Shown piece by piece: positions 9,051-18,210 of a DNA stretch of 30,568 bases. The notes under the pieces were generated by a model that saw nothing but the letters and a program-made list of their open reading frames with translations, was not told where the DNA came from and searched no databases. A program made the translations under genes and the position numbers. How positions within the stretch are numbered: position 1 is the first letter of the stretch; every line of letters begins with the position of its first letter. The stretch lies in the NCBI GenBank assembly GCA_965215885.1, contig CBDCEW010000032.1:1-30568 (forward strand), read 5' to 3'. This DNA is from Candidatus Moanibacter sp. GTDB lineage: Bacteria > Verrucomicrobiota > Verrucomicrobiia > Opitutales > UBA2987.

Positions 9051-10097
9051 ATGCAAAAGAAACGAGTCACTCAAAAGGATATTGCGGCGGAGGCCGGCGT
9101 TACACAGACCACCGTCTCGCTGGCCCTGCGCGGGCATCATTCGATACCGGCAGCGACTCGGAAAAGGATTTTAGCTATTGCGCAACAGCTGAGCTACCGT
9201 CCCGATCCAATGTTGGCCTCACTGGTTGCCTACAGGAGCAATTTGAAACGGCCTGTGTTTCAGGGAACTCTTGCCTGGTTGACAAATCACCCCACAGAAA
9301 ACGGATGGAAAAGCGGCCGGAGGAGAACCCAACCTCGTGCATACCATCGTGGCGCTAAAATCCGCGCCGAAGAATTAGGGTTTAATCTCGAAACTTTCTG
9401 GTTGAACGCTCCGGGGATGACCGCACACCGCATGCGGGACATATTCGTTGCCAGAAACATTGCTGGAATCCTCCTCCCGCCGCAGTCTAAAGCGCATACT
9501 GCAATCGACTTTTTCTGGGAAAATTTTGCATCGGTAACCTTTGGATACTCCCTCACTTCTCCAAATCTTCATACCGTAATGAATCATCAGTTCAGAAATA
9601 TGTTGTTCTTGATACGAAAGATACGGGAACTGGGCTACAAGCGTATTGGTCTGGCAATGCCTACCAGTCAGGATGAGCGTGTCGACCATAATTACCTTGG
9701 AGGTTATCTTGCCGAGTGCAGCACCACAGCCGAAAGGAGATATCGGATGCCTTACGAAGTAAGAGATTCATTCAACAGAGAACATTTCAATATATGGTTC
9801 GAAAAATACCGTCCTGAAGTTGTGGTGACCGATCTTGGAACAGCAAAACAGGTCCATGATTGGCTCGCAGAGATGGACCATAGAGTGCCGCATGAGGTAG
9901 GTATAGCGTTACCAAATTTACCTGATAATGAGAGGTTCTTCGCTGGGATCGACGAAAATCCTGAACTGATCGGGAGTACCGCGGTAGAGATGGTGGTAGG
10001 GATGATCCATCGAAATGAGCACGGGGTTCCCATTCAAGCCCACCACCATCTCATAACTGGAAGATGGTGCCAGGGTAAGAGCGTCTTAATGTCGTGA
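9051..10097 (+). CDS. LacI-family transcriptional regulator
   Basis: N-terminal HTH VTQKDIAAEAGVTQTTVSLAL, YRPDP hinge, and a periplasmic-binding-like C-terminal domain (VPHEVG). Confidence 0.93.
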   Translation: MQKKRVTQKDIAAEAGVTQTTVSLALRGHHSIPAATRKRILAIAQQLSYRPDPMLASLVAYRSNLKRPVFQGTLAWLTNHPTENGWKSGRRRTQPRAYHRGAKIRAEELGFNLETFWLNAPGMTAHRMRDIFVARNIAGILLPPQSKAHTAIDFFWENFASVTFGYSLTSPNLHTVMNHQFRNMLFLIRKIRELGYKRIGLAMPTSQDERVDHNYLGGYLAECSTTAERRYRMPYEVRDSFNREHFNIWFEKYRPEVVVTDLGTAKQVHDWLAEMDHRVPHEVGIALPNLPDNERFFAGIDENPELIGSTAVEMVVGMIHRNEHGVPIQAHHHLITGRWCQGKSVLMS

Positions 10098-10330
10098 CTC
10101 GATCCGTTCACAATCGCCCGTCGTAAGCGTAATCGAATGTCGAGGTGCGTCAGGAACCTCGGTCCCTTTGTCGTCAACTTCGTCGTAAGCTTTGTCGAAA
10201 CATGATCGCGGTAAAACCGTAGATATGAGGATAGCTCCGAATATCCTTCCCAAAACTTTGTCGTCAACTTCGTCGATCGATGAACTCCGATCATCGACTT
10301 CGCACAGCGAAATCCGACAATGTTTACGAC

Positions 10331-10355
10331 ATCACCGATGTTCCCGATTCGGCCG
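10331..10355. repeat. 25-bp exact dispersed repeat, copy 2
   Basis: Identical to 4258-4282. Confidence 0.8.
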
Positions 10356-10421
10356 CAAGTGACCTTCCTACAAAGACTTATCCCGGCTTGCCGGGATAGG
10401 AAGCTCGCTTGCGAGCGATTC

Positions 10422-10479
10422 GTAGCTCGGTGCTTTAGCCCGAGCTTGTGCATAGACGCGGGCTAAAGCACCGCGCTAC
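10422..10479. repeat. GTAG-family REP doublet (REPIN-like)
   Basis: GTAGCTCGGTGCTTTAGCCCGAG...CGCGGGCTAAAGCACCGCGCTAC: inverted 23-mers starting with GTAG, each with an internal hairpin. Confidence 0.8.
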
Positions 10480-10629
10480 TGAGGCTTCGGTCTCGTTAAT
10501 CGCCTTTATCTTGGGGCCATTCGAGACCAAATGGACCCTCCACTTTTTAGTAAAAGTAGCCTGAAACTTGCGGCAGCCGTGCAACGGGTATACTTTCCAT
10601 TTAAGCGTCTGCTCCACCACCCATATCCT

Positions 10630-11769
10630 ATGCTAAACCGGGACAATTATAGGGGCCTCTTTGCCTACCCTCCGACTCCGTTCACGGAATCCTTCGAACT
10701 GGATCAGGAACAGCTGCGCGCCAATCTGAGGAAACTGATCGACTTGGGCGTAGAAGGGATCGTTCTGACAGGAACAGTTGGTGAGGGATCCACATTGAGC
10801 TTCCAGGAGTTTCGCCGGATCGCCGAGATCCTGACCGAAGAAACCGATGGCCACGATGTTCAAGCGGTAATGACGGTGGCTCAAATTTCGAGTGGCATGA
10901 TATTGGAGCAGTGTCGTCTCGCCGCGGAAATTGGGTTGGATGGTGCGCTCGTGTTGGCGCCTTTTTACACGACATTGACTCGAGCTGAATTGATCGGCTT
11001 CTGGAAAGCTCTCTCCAGGAAGTGTCCAACCCTTGGAATTCTGGTAAACCATTTTCACGGCATACCCCAACGGTACGATTCATCGATTTTCGAGGAACTC
11101 GCGAACCTTCCCAACATCGTGGGGAGCAAAGAGGCGCACTGGGATTTCAGCTTATGGAGGGAGATCCACACTCAAAGTCCACTAGTCCACATGAGCGCCA
11201 CGGACATCGGGTGGCTGCCGGAATTGTACCGCCACAATGCTCCGGGAGTCGGAAGTGTTCACTTCGCGTATTCACCGCACATTATACAGGAAACCATCCA
11301 CTGTTGCAACGAGGGACATTTCGACGCCGCCGAACGTACCCTTGGACCTTTGACCGAATTCGTTTCACGGATTAAGTACGGGGACGGTGAACCCCATGTA
11401 TTTCCTTCGGAGCTCAACGGTTGGGCACAGTACAGTAGAATGGCGAAACATAAAGCGTTGACCGACGCATTCGGGTTTCTTAAGGCAGGGCCACCCCGAC
11501 CCCCGACCATCCCCGTGCCGCAATCCCTGCAGGTAAGTCTTTTCTCTTATATCAGACGGAGAAATCCAGAACTCGTCTTCCAGCCTGCAACGATGAAGTT
11601 GAATGGGGCGAATCTGCCGGTCTGGCGCGCTTCTAAATCTACGCGGAATGCCATCGACATCGAGATGAGCGCAATCGATCATCGATCGGTTAAGGAAAAC
11701 AAAAACGAATTACAGAATGAACGATCAGATTTTAAAAAAACGATAACAGCTAACAAAGTAAAACCATGA
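10630..11769 (+). CDS. DHDPS/N-acetylneuraminate lyase superfamily class I aldolase, paralog 1
   Basis: PTPF, GTVGE, LAPFY and the Schiff-base Lys in NIVGSKE. Start MLNRDNYRG is set by alignment to paralog 2. The stop overlaps the TonB receptor start (ATGA). Confidence 0.88.
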   Translation: MLNRDNYRGLFAYPPTPFTESFELDQEQLRANLRKLIDLGVEGIVLTGTVGEGSTLSFQEFRRIAEILTEETDGHDVQAVMTVAQISSGMILEQCRLAAEIGLDGALVLAPFYTTLTRAELIGFWKALSRKCPTLGILVNHFHGIPQRYDSSIFEELANLPNIVGSKEAHWDFSLWREIHTQSPLVHMSATDIGWLPELYRHNAPGVGSVHFAYSPHIIQETIHCCNEGHFDAAERTLGPLTEFVSRIKYGDGEPHVFPSELNGWAQYSRMAKHKALTDAFGFLKAGPPRPPTIPVPQSLQVSLFSYIRRRNPELVFQPATMKLNGANLPVWRASKSTRNAIDIEMSAIDHRSVKENKNELQNERSDFKKTITANKVKP

Positions 11770-14093
11770 AAAAGATAAGAAACCTCACTTATATTCCGGC
11801 ACTCGTCATTTGCACCGCGACATTGATGTTTGCGTTCTTAATAACATCACCGGCGCGGGCTCAATCCGAGAGTTCAGACACGGATGAAGAGGATATTATG
11901 ACGTTGGAGCCCTTCGAAGTCCTTGAACCACAAGATAAGGGGTATGCCATTCAATACACAACTGTCGGCACACGTTCAAACCGGGACCTTCTGGAGGTTA
12001 TCCAGACCGTGAATATCGTAACTCAGGAATTCCTCCAGGATATCGGCGCACAAACCCTTACGGAGTCCTTCCAATATGTGTCAAACACCAACCTGAGAAA
12101 CAAAGACAACTCCCTGGCCCCGGGAACTTATTTGATGCGTGGTTTTAGAAATGCCACCTCTTTTACCGACGGAGCTGAGGTCGGCAACTATAGGCGCGAC
12201 ATGCTCGGGTATGAGCGAGTCGAAATCATTAAAGGCGTACCTTCTGCAGCCTTGGGCAGCGGCGGGCTTTCCGGCACGATGAATTATATCTTGAAAAAAC
12301 CGATTATTGGGCACACGGGTGTCAAATTCAGGGGAATCGTAGGTTCCTACGATCATTTCCGGGCCGAAGTGGACGCCAATTTCAAGATCAGCGAGGATTT
12401 AGCCGGACGCTTCATCTACGGATATACCAGTGATGGAGAATACATGGAAAGAATGACTGGAGACGGGCACCTCTTCTACCCTTCCCTGCGGTGGAAGCCG
12501 TCGGAGAAATTGGAAGTGCTGTTTAACGGTGAATACTTATTTCATAACATTGCCATAGGCTCTTTCGGCCAAGGCTTTACGGTCTATCCGGCTAAATTCC
12601 GTAAACTATTTAAAGGGATCGATACGGATAGCGACCCCATTACCGCGCTGAATCTGGGCTGGGATCAACATGGCAATCTTGGAGGATCGAAAGGTCTGCA
12701 AGATGATACTTCTGTCTCGAAGGTGCAATTGAATTACACCTTTTCGGAGAACCTGTCGTTCCGGCAGATTATACAGCATCGGAGCACGGATCATTTCCGG
12801 AGAGTCTTCTGGCATGCTGGGAACAATCCGGAGACCAATCCGGCTGACCCGGACAATGCACAAGGCATCTGGAAGCGGGTTCAATATCGATGGTTCAAAC
12901 AGACTCCCGACGAATTCTCAGCTTTAGGAGATCTCTCCTGGGAAACCAGATTCGACCTGGGCGCGTTTGAATTGCATCCGATCACGCAAGTCGGATACAG
13001 GTATGGGGACTCGGAGAGGACCGATTTAAGAAGAGCTTACTCCGTGAGGCCGGAATTTGAATATTTTAATATGGCGAACCCAAATTATGAGGCTTATGAA
13101 AACCATGATAGTGCGTTAGAGAGTGGTTTTGCAATTCAAAGTCATGGCGTGACTACCACTACCACCTGGAGCGTGTATATCAACCAGGAATTGAAGATGT
13201 TCGACGACCGCCTTCGAGTCCTCTATGGATTGCGGAATGTACATTCTGAAAACAACTTCGTCAATCAACTCACTGGCGCAGGAAACCCTAGTAGCGGATG
13301 GGCGGATCCGTCAATACGCTACGGAGGCAGTTTCCGTGTCACCGATTATCTGTCGGTATATGGCAATTACAGTGAACGCAAAGAAGGCACGAGGACGGTT
13401 TCGCGGTGGCCCGCGGGTTTGCGTATAGATGACCCACGCCTCAACGAGACTATTTCCGCGAGTGCTTCGATACAATCCCGAGATATTGGAATCAAGGGGC
13501 GGTTTCTGGAAAATCGCATGTATTACTCCCTGGTCTATTTCAAGATCAATCGCACCGGAACCGCGGATAACCGATCCAACCAAGTAGAAACACCTCCAGG
13601 GAGCGGCAACTTCCAAATTGTTACAGAGTCTTTTTTCACGGACGGTGATACCGTCGATGGATTTGAATTTGAGCTCCTAGGCAGAGTCACCGATCGGCTT
13701 TCGGTCCTCTGGTCATTAGGAACCCAGGATGCCCGACGGCCGAATAGAGCCACGCCGGAAGAGGGTGATACCTCTCCCATACGTTTCAATCCCGATTGGG
13801 ATACTAACTTTTTCTTAAAATACGATATGAAAAATGCTGAAGGTGACGGCTGGTCGATTCGAGGTGGGGTCTCCGTCAAAGGACCTATCAAGTTTTACGA
13901 TTTAAGTAGCTACAATGATCCTGATGTTGAGAAGATAGACGAAACGCAGGCGATCGGAGATTTCGGAGTAAACTACTCATTTGGTCGTTATAGTATCGAT
14001 GGTATTGTGAAAAATGTTACTGATGCTACTTTCATGAACGTAAGGGTGAACCGTCCTCGTGAATTCCGAGTCTCGTTCACTGCTGACTGGTAA
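11766..14093 (+). CDS. TonB-dependent outer-membrane receptor
   Basis: Signal peptide (ARA|Q), TonB-box-like TLEPFEV, plug motifs (YLMRGF, YERVEIIKG...G.SGTMN), beta-barrel-like C-terminus ending in an aromatic residue (SFTADW). Confidence 0.93.
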   Translation: MKKIRNLTYIPALVICTATLMFAFLITSPARAQSESSDTDEEDIMTLEPFEVLEPQDKGYAIQYTTVGTRSNRDLLEVIQTVNIVTQEFLQDIGAQTLTESFQYVSNTNLRNKDNSLAPGTYLMRGFRNATSFTDGAEVGNYRRDMLGYERVEIIKGVPSAALGSGGLSGTMNYILKKPIIGHTGVKFRGIVGSYDHFRAEVDANFKISEDLAGRFIYGYTSDGEYMERMTGDGHLFYPSLRWKPSEKLEVLFNGEYLFHNIAIGSFGQGFTVYPAKFRKLFKGIDTDSDPITALNLGWDQHGNLGGSKGLQDDTSVSKVQLNYTFSENLSFRQIIQHRSTDHFRRVFWHAGNNPETNPADPDNAQGIWKRVQYRWFKQTPDEFSALGDLSWETRFDLGAFELHPITQVGYRYGDSERTDLRRAYSVRPEFEYFNMANPNYEAYENHDSALESGFAIQSHGVTTTTTWSVYINQELKMFDDRLRVLYGLRNVHSENNFVNQLTGAGNPSSGWADPSIRYGGSFRVTDYLSVYGNYSERKEGTRTVSRWPAGLRIDDPRLNETISASASIQSRDIGIKGRFLENRMYYSLVYFKINRTGTADNRSNQVETPPGSGNFQIVTESFFTDGDTVDGFEFELLGRVTDRLSVLWSLGTQDARRPNRATPEEGDTSPIRFNPDWDTNFFLKYDMKNAEGDGWSIRGGVSVKGPIKFYDLSSYNDPDVEKIDETQAIGDFGVNYSFGRYSIDGIVKNVTDATFMNVRVNRPREFRVSFTADW

Positions 14094-14238
14094 GCAGTAC
14101 AGAACTCACGAGCGGAGCCGTATCACACTGTGAGAGAAGCAGAAGGCATCCGAATTGCTTAGTTGAGGCGGCCCCAGTCAAATTGGGTACCCGTTTAGTA
14201 GCGTGTTTGAGGCTCCCCGGTTCCGCTCAGCAGGGTAC

Positions 14239-14293
14239 GTGTCTAGCGTCCTTTCCGTTGCTGGCTGCCCCGGTCTTGTGCCGGGGTGGCGCG
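14239..14293 (-). repeat. ~55-bp dispersed repeat with CCCCGGCACAAGACCGGGG hairpin core, copy 1
   Basis: Reverse complement matches 17166-17220 and, from GGCACAAGACC onward, 26339-26385. Confidence 0.8.
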
Positions 14294-14333
14294 CGTTTCT
14301 CGCTACACAACGGGTGCCTCTACCGACCCCTCC

Positions 14334-14386
14334 GCCCTTCCCTTCTCCCCCAGTCCCTCGCCGGGACTGGGGGAGAAGGGAAGGGC
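14334..14386. repeat. Perfect 24-bp-stem hairpin (REP-like; possible terminator or mRNA stabiliser)
   Basis: GCCCTTCCCTTCTCCCCCAGTCCC-TCGCC-GGGACTGGGGGAGAAGGGAAGGGC; no poly-T tail. Confidence 0.75.
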
Positions 14387-14427
14387 TTGCAAGTCGTAAC
14401 ACTGATCGTTTCGGTGAGGATGCGCTT

Positions 14428-15288
14428 ATGATGTCCATTACAATGAAAACTCCCCGTCCCGGCTTGCCGGGACTAGCCCGCTTGAACCGGCCGATTATAT
14501 CGGCCGGTATCACGCTGCTCACTTTGGCGTTGGAGGCTTCAGCATCATACGAAGAGGAAATGTGGAAGCGCGTGGCCGAGTATTCCTTTAATCAGGCAAG
14601 GGATAGTTTTGCCGAAGAGATAGCGGCGGGCCGGGGAACTCGTTCGATTAACCTGGGAAAAGCGGTCGCTCTCCTGAATGCGCAGCCGAAGACTCAAAGG
14701 AATCTTTTTGCGGCAATAGACATCTTAGAGGGGCTTACACGTTCAAATGAGAAGGACGAGGTCCGCATCATTGCCAACTATCTCATGGCAAGAGTATATC
14801 AGTGGCACCTTCCGCAACCGGATCCAGCGGCGGCGGAACGGATTTACCGCACACTGATTGAGAATCGCAGCGAACATTTTCTTTCCCAGCAGGCGATCGT
14901 AAAGTTGGCGGCGATGGAAATCTACCGCAACAAGCCGGATGCTCGCCCGGAAAGTCGAATAACGAAAGCTGAGACGTTTCAAGCGCAACTGAGCGATCCC
15001 GTCGCCACGCGCGACTACCACCTTCTCCTGGCGAGAGCTTATCTCTTCTTCGAGCTGTCCGAAGAGCGGGCTTTGGAACATTTGCTTCGAGCCAATGCTA
15101 CCGGTAAGATCACGGAAACCCGCGCAGACGTCCTGGTCTCCATCGGTGAACTCGCATTCGCGCTGGAAGACTATGGACGGGCGGACGAAGCCTACGCCGA
15201 ATTTGTAGAAACCTATCCCAGAGATACGAGAACTCCTTTCATCCGGGAGAAGAGAAACGCCATTCGCCTCAGAACGTTCGATAGATAG
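14428..15288 (+). CDS. Exported TPR-like helical-repeat protein
   Basis: GAGGA RBS before ATG 14428; signal-like IISAGITLLTLALEASA; TPR-like helices (ADVLVSIGELAFALEDYGRADEAYAEFVETYP). The upstream part of the long ORF is repeat DNA. Confidence 0.7.
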   Translation: MMSITMKTPRPGLPGLARLNRPIISAGITLLTLALEASASYEEEMWKRVAEYSFNQARDSFAEEIAAGRGTRSINLGKAVALLNAQPKTQRNLFAAIDILEGLTRSNEKDEVRIIANYLMARVYQWHLPQPDPAAAERIYRTLIENRSEHFLSQQAIVKLAAMEIYRNKPDARPESRITKAETFQAQLSDPVATRDYHLLLARAYLFFELSEERALEHLLRANATGKITETRADVLVSIGELAFALEDYGRADEAYAEFVETYPRDTRTPFIREKRNAIRLRTFDR

Positions 15289-15418
15289 TTTGTCCCGAAC
15301 GAGAGCCTGGATCACGAGAAGAGACCCCAATGTTTCAAAGAATCGAGAAGTGATGAAGAGCAAGGCGCCCTTGCGAAGGCGATTGAGACTATGGGGAAGA
15401 TGAACGGCCTGCAACCCA

Positions 15419-17026
15419 ATGACCTTTGATAAAGCACTGAATTTCGTAGGAGTCGGCCTGTTGCTGATTTGTTTCAGCGTCTCCATAGTACGGGTAGCCG
15501 GCCGGCACATCGAAGAGCAGGATACTTCGCGCACGATTCTACGGGTCGCTCACCGCTGGCTTTACGAAGGGTTGATCCGGGGACTGGACGAGACGATCAG
15601 AGAATACGAAGGACTCCATCCGAACGTGCAGGTGAGGCAAATGCCCGTGCCGCTTGAAATCTGGTACACCTGGAGAAAGACGCAGTTGCTCGCAGGACAC
15701 CCCCCGGATATCATGATGATTGATGGGCTATCGGCCCAGGAGCGCGTGCGCTACATTGAATCACTCAGTGCGCAAGTGGAAAAACCAAATCCCTATAATC
15801 GCGGAACGGAGATTGAAGGGATCCCCTGGCGTAACACATTTCTGAACGGTTTGACCGGTTCACGGCAATACTCACCGGTCCTGTTGCGTGTCGACGCCGT
15901 GCCGCTATTTTCGGAAACGGTTCGTTTGTTTTATAACCAGGATTTACTTATGAAGGCGGCGGGGATCGCGAAACCGCCGGAATCGCTCGAAGCTTTTCTG
16001 GACGTCTGTAGGATAATTCAAAGCTATTCTAAAGAGAACGATCTGCCGATTGTGCCGATTACGACCGGCGATAAATGGTCATATCAGCTGATAAGACGCT
16101 TCTTCGAGCAATTTACCCAGAAATTGGCCATAAATGAATCCCAATACTATACTATCAGTTATTCTGGCTATGATTTCGTGCGCGGCTATTTAGAGGGGGA
16201 TTGGAGATACGATTCCAGTCCGGTTGTCGAGGGCTGGCATTTATTCAGGGAGCTTGGGAGTTTCTTTCAACCGGGATTTCTTTATGTCAGCCGTGAGGAA
16301 CCGGCTTTTCAGTTCCGAACCGGCATGGCGGTGTTTATGTTGGCCGGCAGTTGGGATTATGAGATGTTGACCCACAAAAGCCGATTTACGGTGGGGGTCA
16401 CCAGGCTTCCCTTCCCTGTGCCCGGCGGAAGATTCGGTAAGCATGTAGTGGGACCGCCCAGCGAAGCCTCTTTCCTCTCGACAAGCATCGGAGTGGCGAA
16501 GGAATCAAAACACAAAAAGGAGGCGCTTGATTTTATTCAATACCTGAGCAGCAAGGCTGTGAATGGCGGGTTGTGTCAGGAAGCGCTGAGACCCTCAGCG
16601 ATTGTCGGTGTTGATCCGCCGGAAGCAGTGGAGGAGTTTGAGCCGTTTCAAGGAGGATATCCCATTGGGTTCAGTCCGATTTTTTATCCGACGGGATCCC
16701 ATATGCCGACGGTGGCATTCCTGATTAATACGAACCTGTTTCGATTATTTGATCCTTCGGGTGGCGTGGAGGAGTTTTTATCAATTGTAAAACGTGATCT
16801 GATGCCTGCAATTGTCGAAGACATGCTCCAGGCAAATAAACGACTTGGAGACAATTTGGAACAGGATGATTCCGTGATAGCCGCTTATTTCCTGTTGAAG
16901 AACCACCCGATTTACCGGGACAGGCTGGAACGAAAGACGGAGTTGACTAACTTGCAGGAGGTAGAAATCTATCAGAATGCCTATCTTTTGGAACAGGATG
17001 ATCCGCGCACCGTGCAAAAGCTCTAG
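15419..17026 (+). CDS. Extracellular solute-binding protein, carbohydrate ABC family 1, N-terminally anchored
   Basis: N-terminal hydrophobic segment; EYEGLHPNVQV, GHPPDI, LFYNQDL, F..GMAVFMLAGSWD, KHKKEALDFIQYL. Confidence 0.85.
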   Translation: MTFDKALNFVGVGLLLICFSVSIVRVAGRHIEEQDTSRTILRVAHRWLYEGLIRGLDETIREYEGLHPNVQVRQMPVPLEIWYTWRKTQLLAGHPPDIMMIDGLSAQERVRYIESLSAQVEKPNPYNRGTEIEGIPWRNTFLNGLTGSRQYSPVLLRVDAVPLFSETVRLFYNQDLLMKAAGIAKPPESLEAFLDVCRIIQSYSKENDLPIVPITTGDKWSYQLIRRFFEQFTQKLAINESQYYTISYSGYDFVRGYLEGDWRYDSSPVVEGWHLFRELGSFFQPGFLYVSREEPAFQFRTGMAVFMLAGSWDYEMLTHKSRFTVGVTRLPFPVPGGRFGKHVVGPPSEASFLSTSIGVAKESKHKKEALDFIQYLSSKAVNGGLCQEALRPSAIVGVDPPEAVEEFEPFQGGYPIGFSPIFYPTGSHMPTVAFLINTNLFRLFDPSGGVEEFLSIVKRDLMPAIVEDMLQANKRLGDNLEQDDSVIAAYFLLKNHPIYRDRLERKTELTNLQEVEIYQNAYLLEQDDPRTVQKL

Positions 17027-17136
17027 GAATCTGTCGGACTTAGCATGAAAAGATCAGGTCGCGGCGCAACCAGTTACTAAAAGATGCGAACCTTGTTCCC
17101 GCCGAGCGGGACGAGAAAGAATGACGAAGCAATCCA
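17024..17136 (-). mobile_element. Diverged end fragment of the ~380-bp element family, interrupted by a micro-palindrome
   Basis: TAGGAATCTGTCGGACTTA...CTTGT[TCCCGCCGAGCGGGA]CGAGAAAGAATGACGAAGCAATCCA parallels the reverse complement of ~28469-28573. Confidence 0.65.
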
Positions 17137-17165
17137 GATTTCCGGGCTCTCATATCGGTGGATTT

Positions 17166-17220
17166 CGCGCCACCCCGGCACAAGACCGGGGCAGCCAGTA
17201 ATCAAAGGCCCGCTAAACAC
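17166..17220 (+). repeat. ~55-bp dispersed repeat with CCCCGGCACAAGACCGGGG core, copy 2
   Basis: CGCGCCACCCCGGCACAAGACCGGGGCAGCCAG...CGCTAAACAC. Confidence 0.8.
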
Positions 17221-17271
17221 ATACAAGCTACGGGGAATTACCAAGTTAGAATAATATTCAGAAGGAGAATT

Positions 17272-18210
17272 ATGAAAGTAGTAATTGAACCGAAAGCGAC
17301 CGAATACGACGATTCGCTCTATGACGCACCGCGTGTCATTGACGCTGGATTTGCAGGATTCGAGTCTGTAGGAGAAGATGCGTTAGAAAGCTACTATAAA
17401 GAGGGTTATATCGTTATACGCCAGGCGCTGGATGCGCAGCTTGTTGAGGAAGCCAGAAGGGAATTGGAGGCTATGACGAATAGCGATCAACCAAATTGCA
17501 AAGTTGTGATGTTCGAGGGTCAGATTAGAGATTATATCGAAAAGAGCGCGGCCCCCTCAAAAGAACGCGGAGGAAAGAAAGATAGCCCGAAGCGCGAAGA
17601 ACTCGCTCTCGGTGATACCTGGCGTGAATTACCGGGCATACCCGCGGATCTTCGCGGAAAATTTGTGAGGAAATTCAGTGGTTTCGTTGAGGACCACGGC
17701 GCTCTCGCTGCGATCGCGCAGCATCCAGCGTTGCTGAAGGTGGTAAGCCTGCTGGCGGGCGAACCTGTTAACCTGTTTCAGGATATGGCAATGGTCAAAC
17801 CGCCGGGGGGGCGGGAGAAACCCTGGCATCAGGATCACGCGTATTTTAATCTGCCGATTGATACACGGATCGTCGGGGTATGGATCGCTCTCGACCAGGT
17901 GACTCAACAGAACGGTTGCATGCATGTCCTTCCCGGCGGACATCGTTCCGGACCGCGTATTCATTTTATGCGTCGGGATTGGCAGATATGCGATGAAGAG
18001 ATGTTCGGTGAAAAGATAGCAGCGCTCCCCATGGAAGTGGGTGATGTCTTGCTTTTCGACACAAAGTTACCCCATGGCACACCTGCGAATAAATCGAACT
18101 TATGGCGTTGGGCTTTACAGTTCCATTATTGCCCGATAACCGCTACAGCGGCTTCTGACGAAGAACGACTGGCTCTGTTTGGTAGTGAAGGTAAGAATGT
18201 CACCTGTTGA
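17272..18210 (+). CDS. PhyH-family Fe(II)/2OG dioxygenase, copy 3
   Basis: AGGAGA RBS; KPPGGREKPWHQDHAYF, GVWIALD...NGCMHVLPGGH, LPHGT, WRWALQFHY. Confidence 0.92.
   Translation: MKVVIEPKATEYDDSLYDAPRVIDAGFAGFESVGEDALESYYKEGYIVIRQALDAQLVEEARRELEAMTNSDQPNCKVVMFEGQIRDYIEKSAAPSKERGGKKDSPKREELALGDTWRELPGIPADLRGKFVRKFSGFVEDHGALAAIAQHPALLKVVSLLAGEPVNLFQDMAMVKPPGGREKPWHQDHAYFNLPIDTRIVGVWIALDQVTQQNGCMHVLPGGHRSGPRIHFMRRDWQICDEEMFGEKIAALPMEVGDVLLFDTKLPHGTPANKSNLWRWALQFHYCPITATAASDEERLALFGSEGKNVTC

Noticed and set aside
4525..9272. Diversity-generating retroelement TR/VR pair
   Set aside because: The 6 mismatches are not adenine-specific in either orientation, the match is not at a gene 3' end, and no reverse transcriptase is present.
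14203..14427. N-terminal extensions of the long ORF calls (also 1805-2038, 4165-4338, 10531-10629, 17158-17271)
   Set aside because: They translate repeats, neighbouring genes or leader DNA; downstream starts fit RBS, signal peptide or paralog evidence better.
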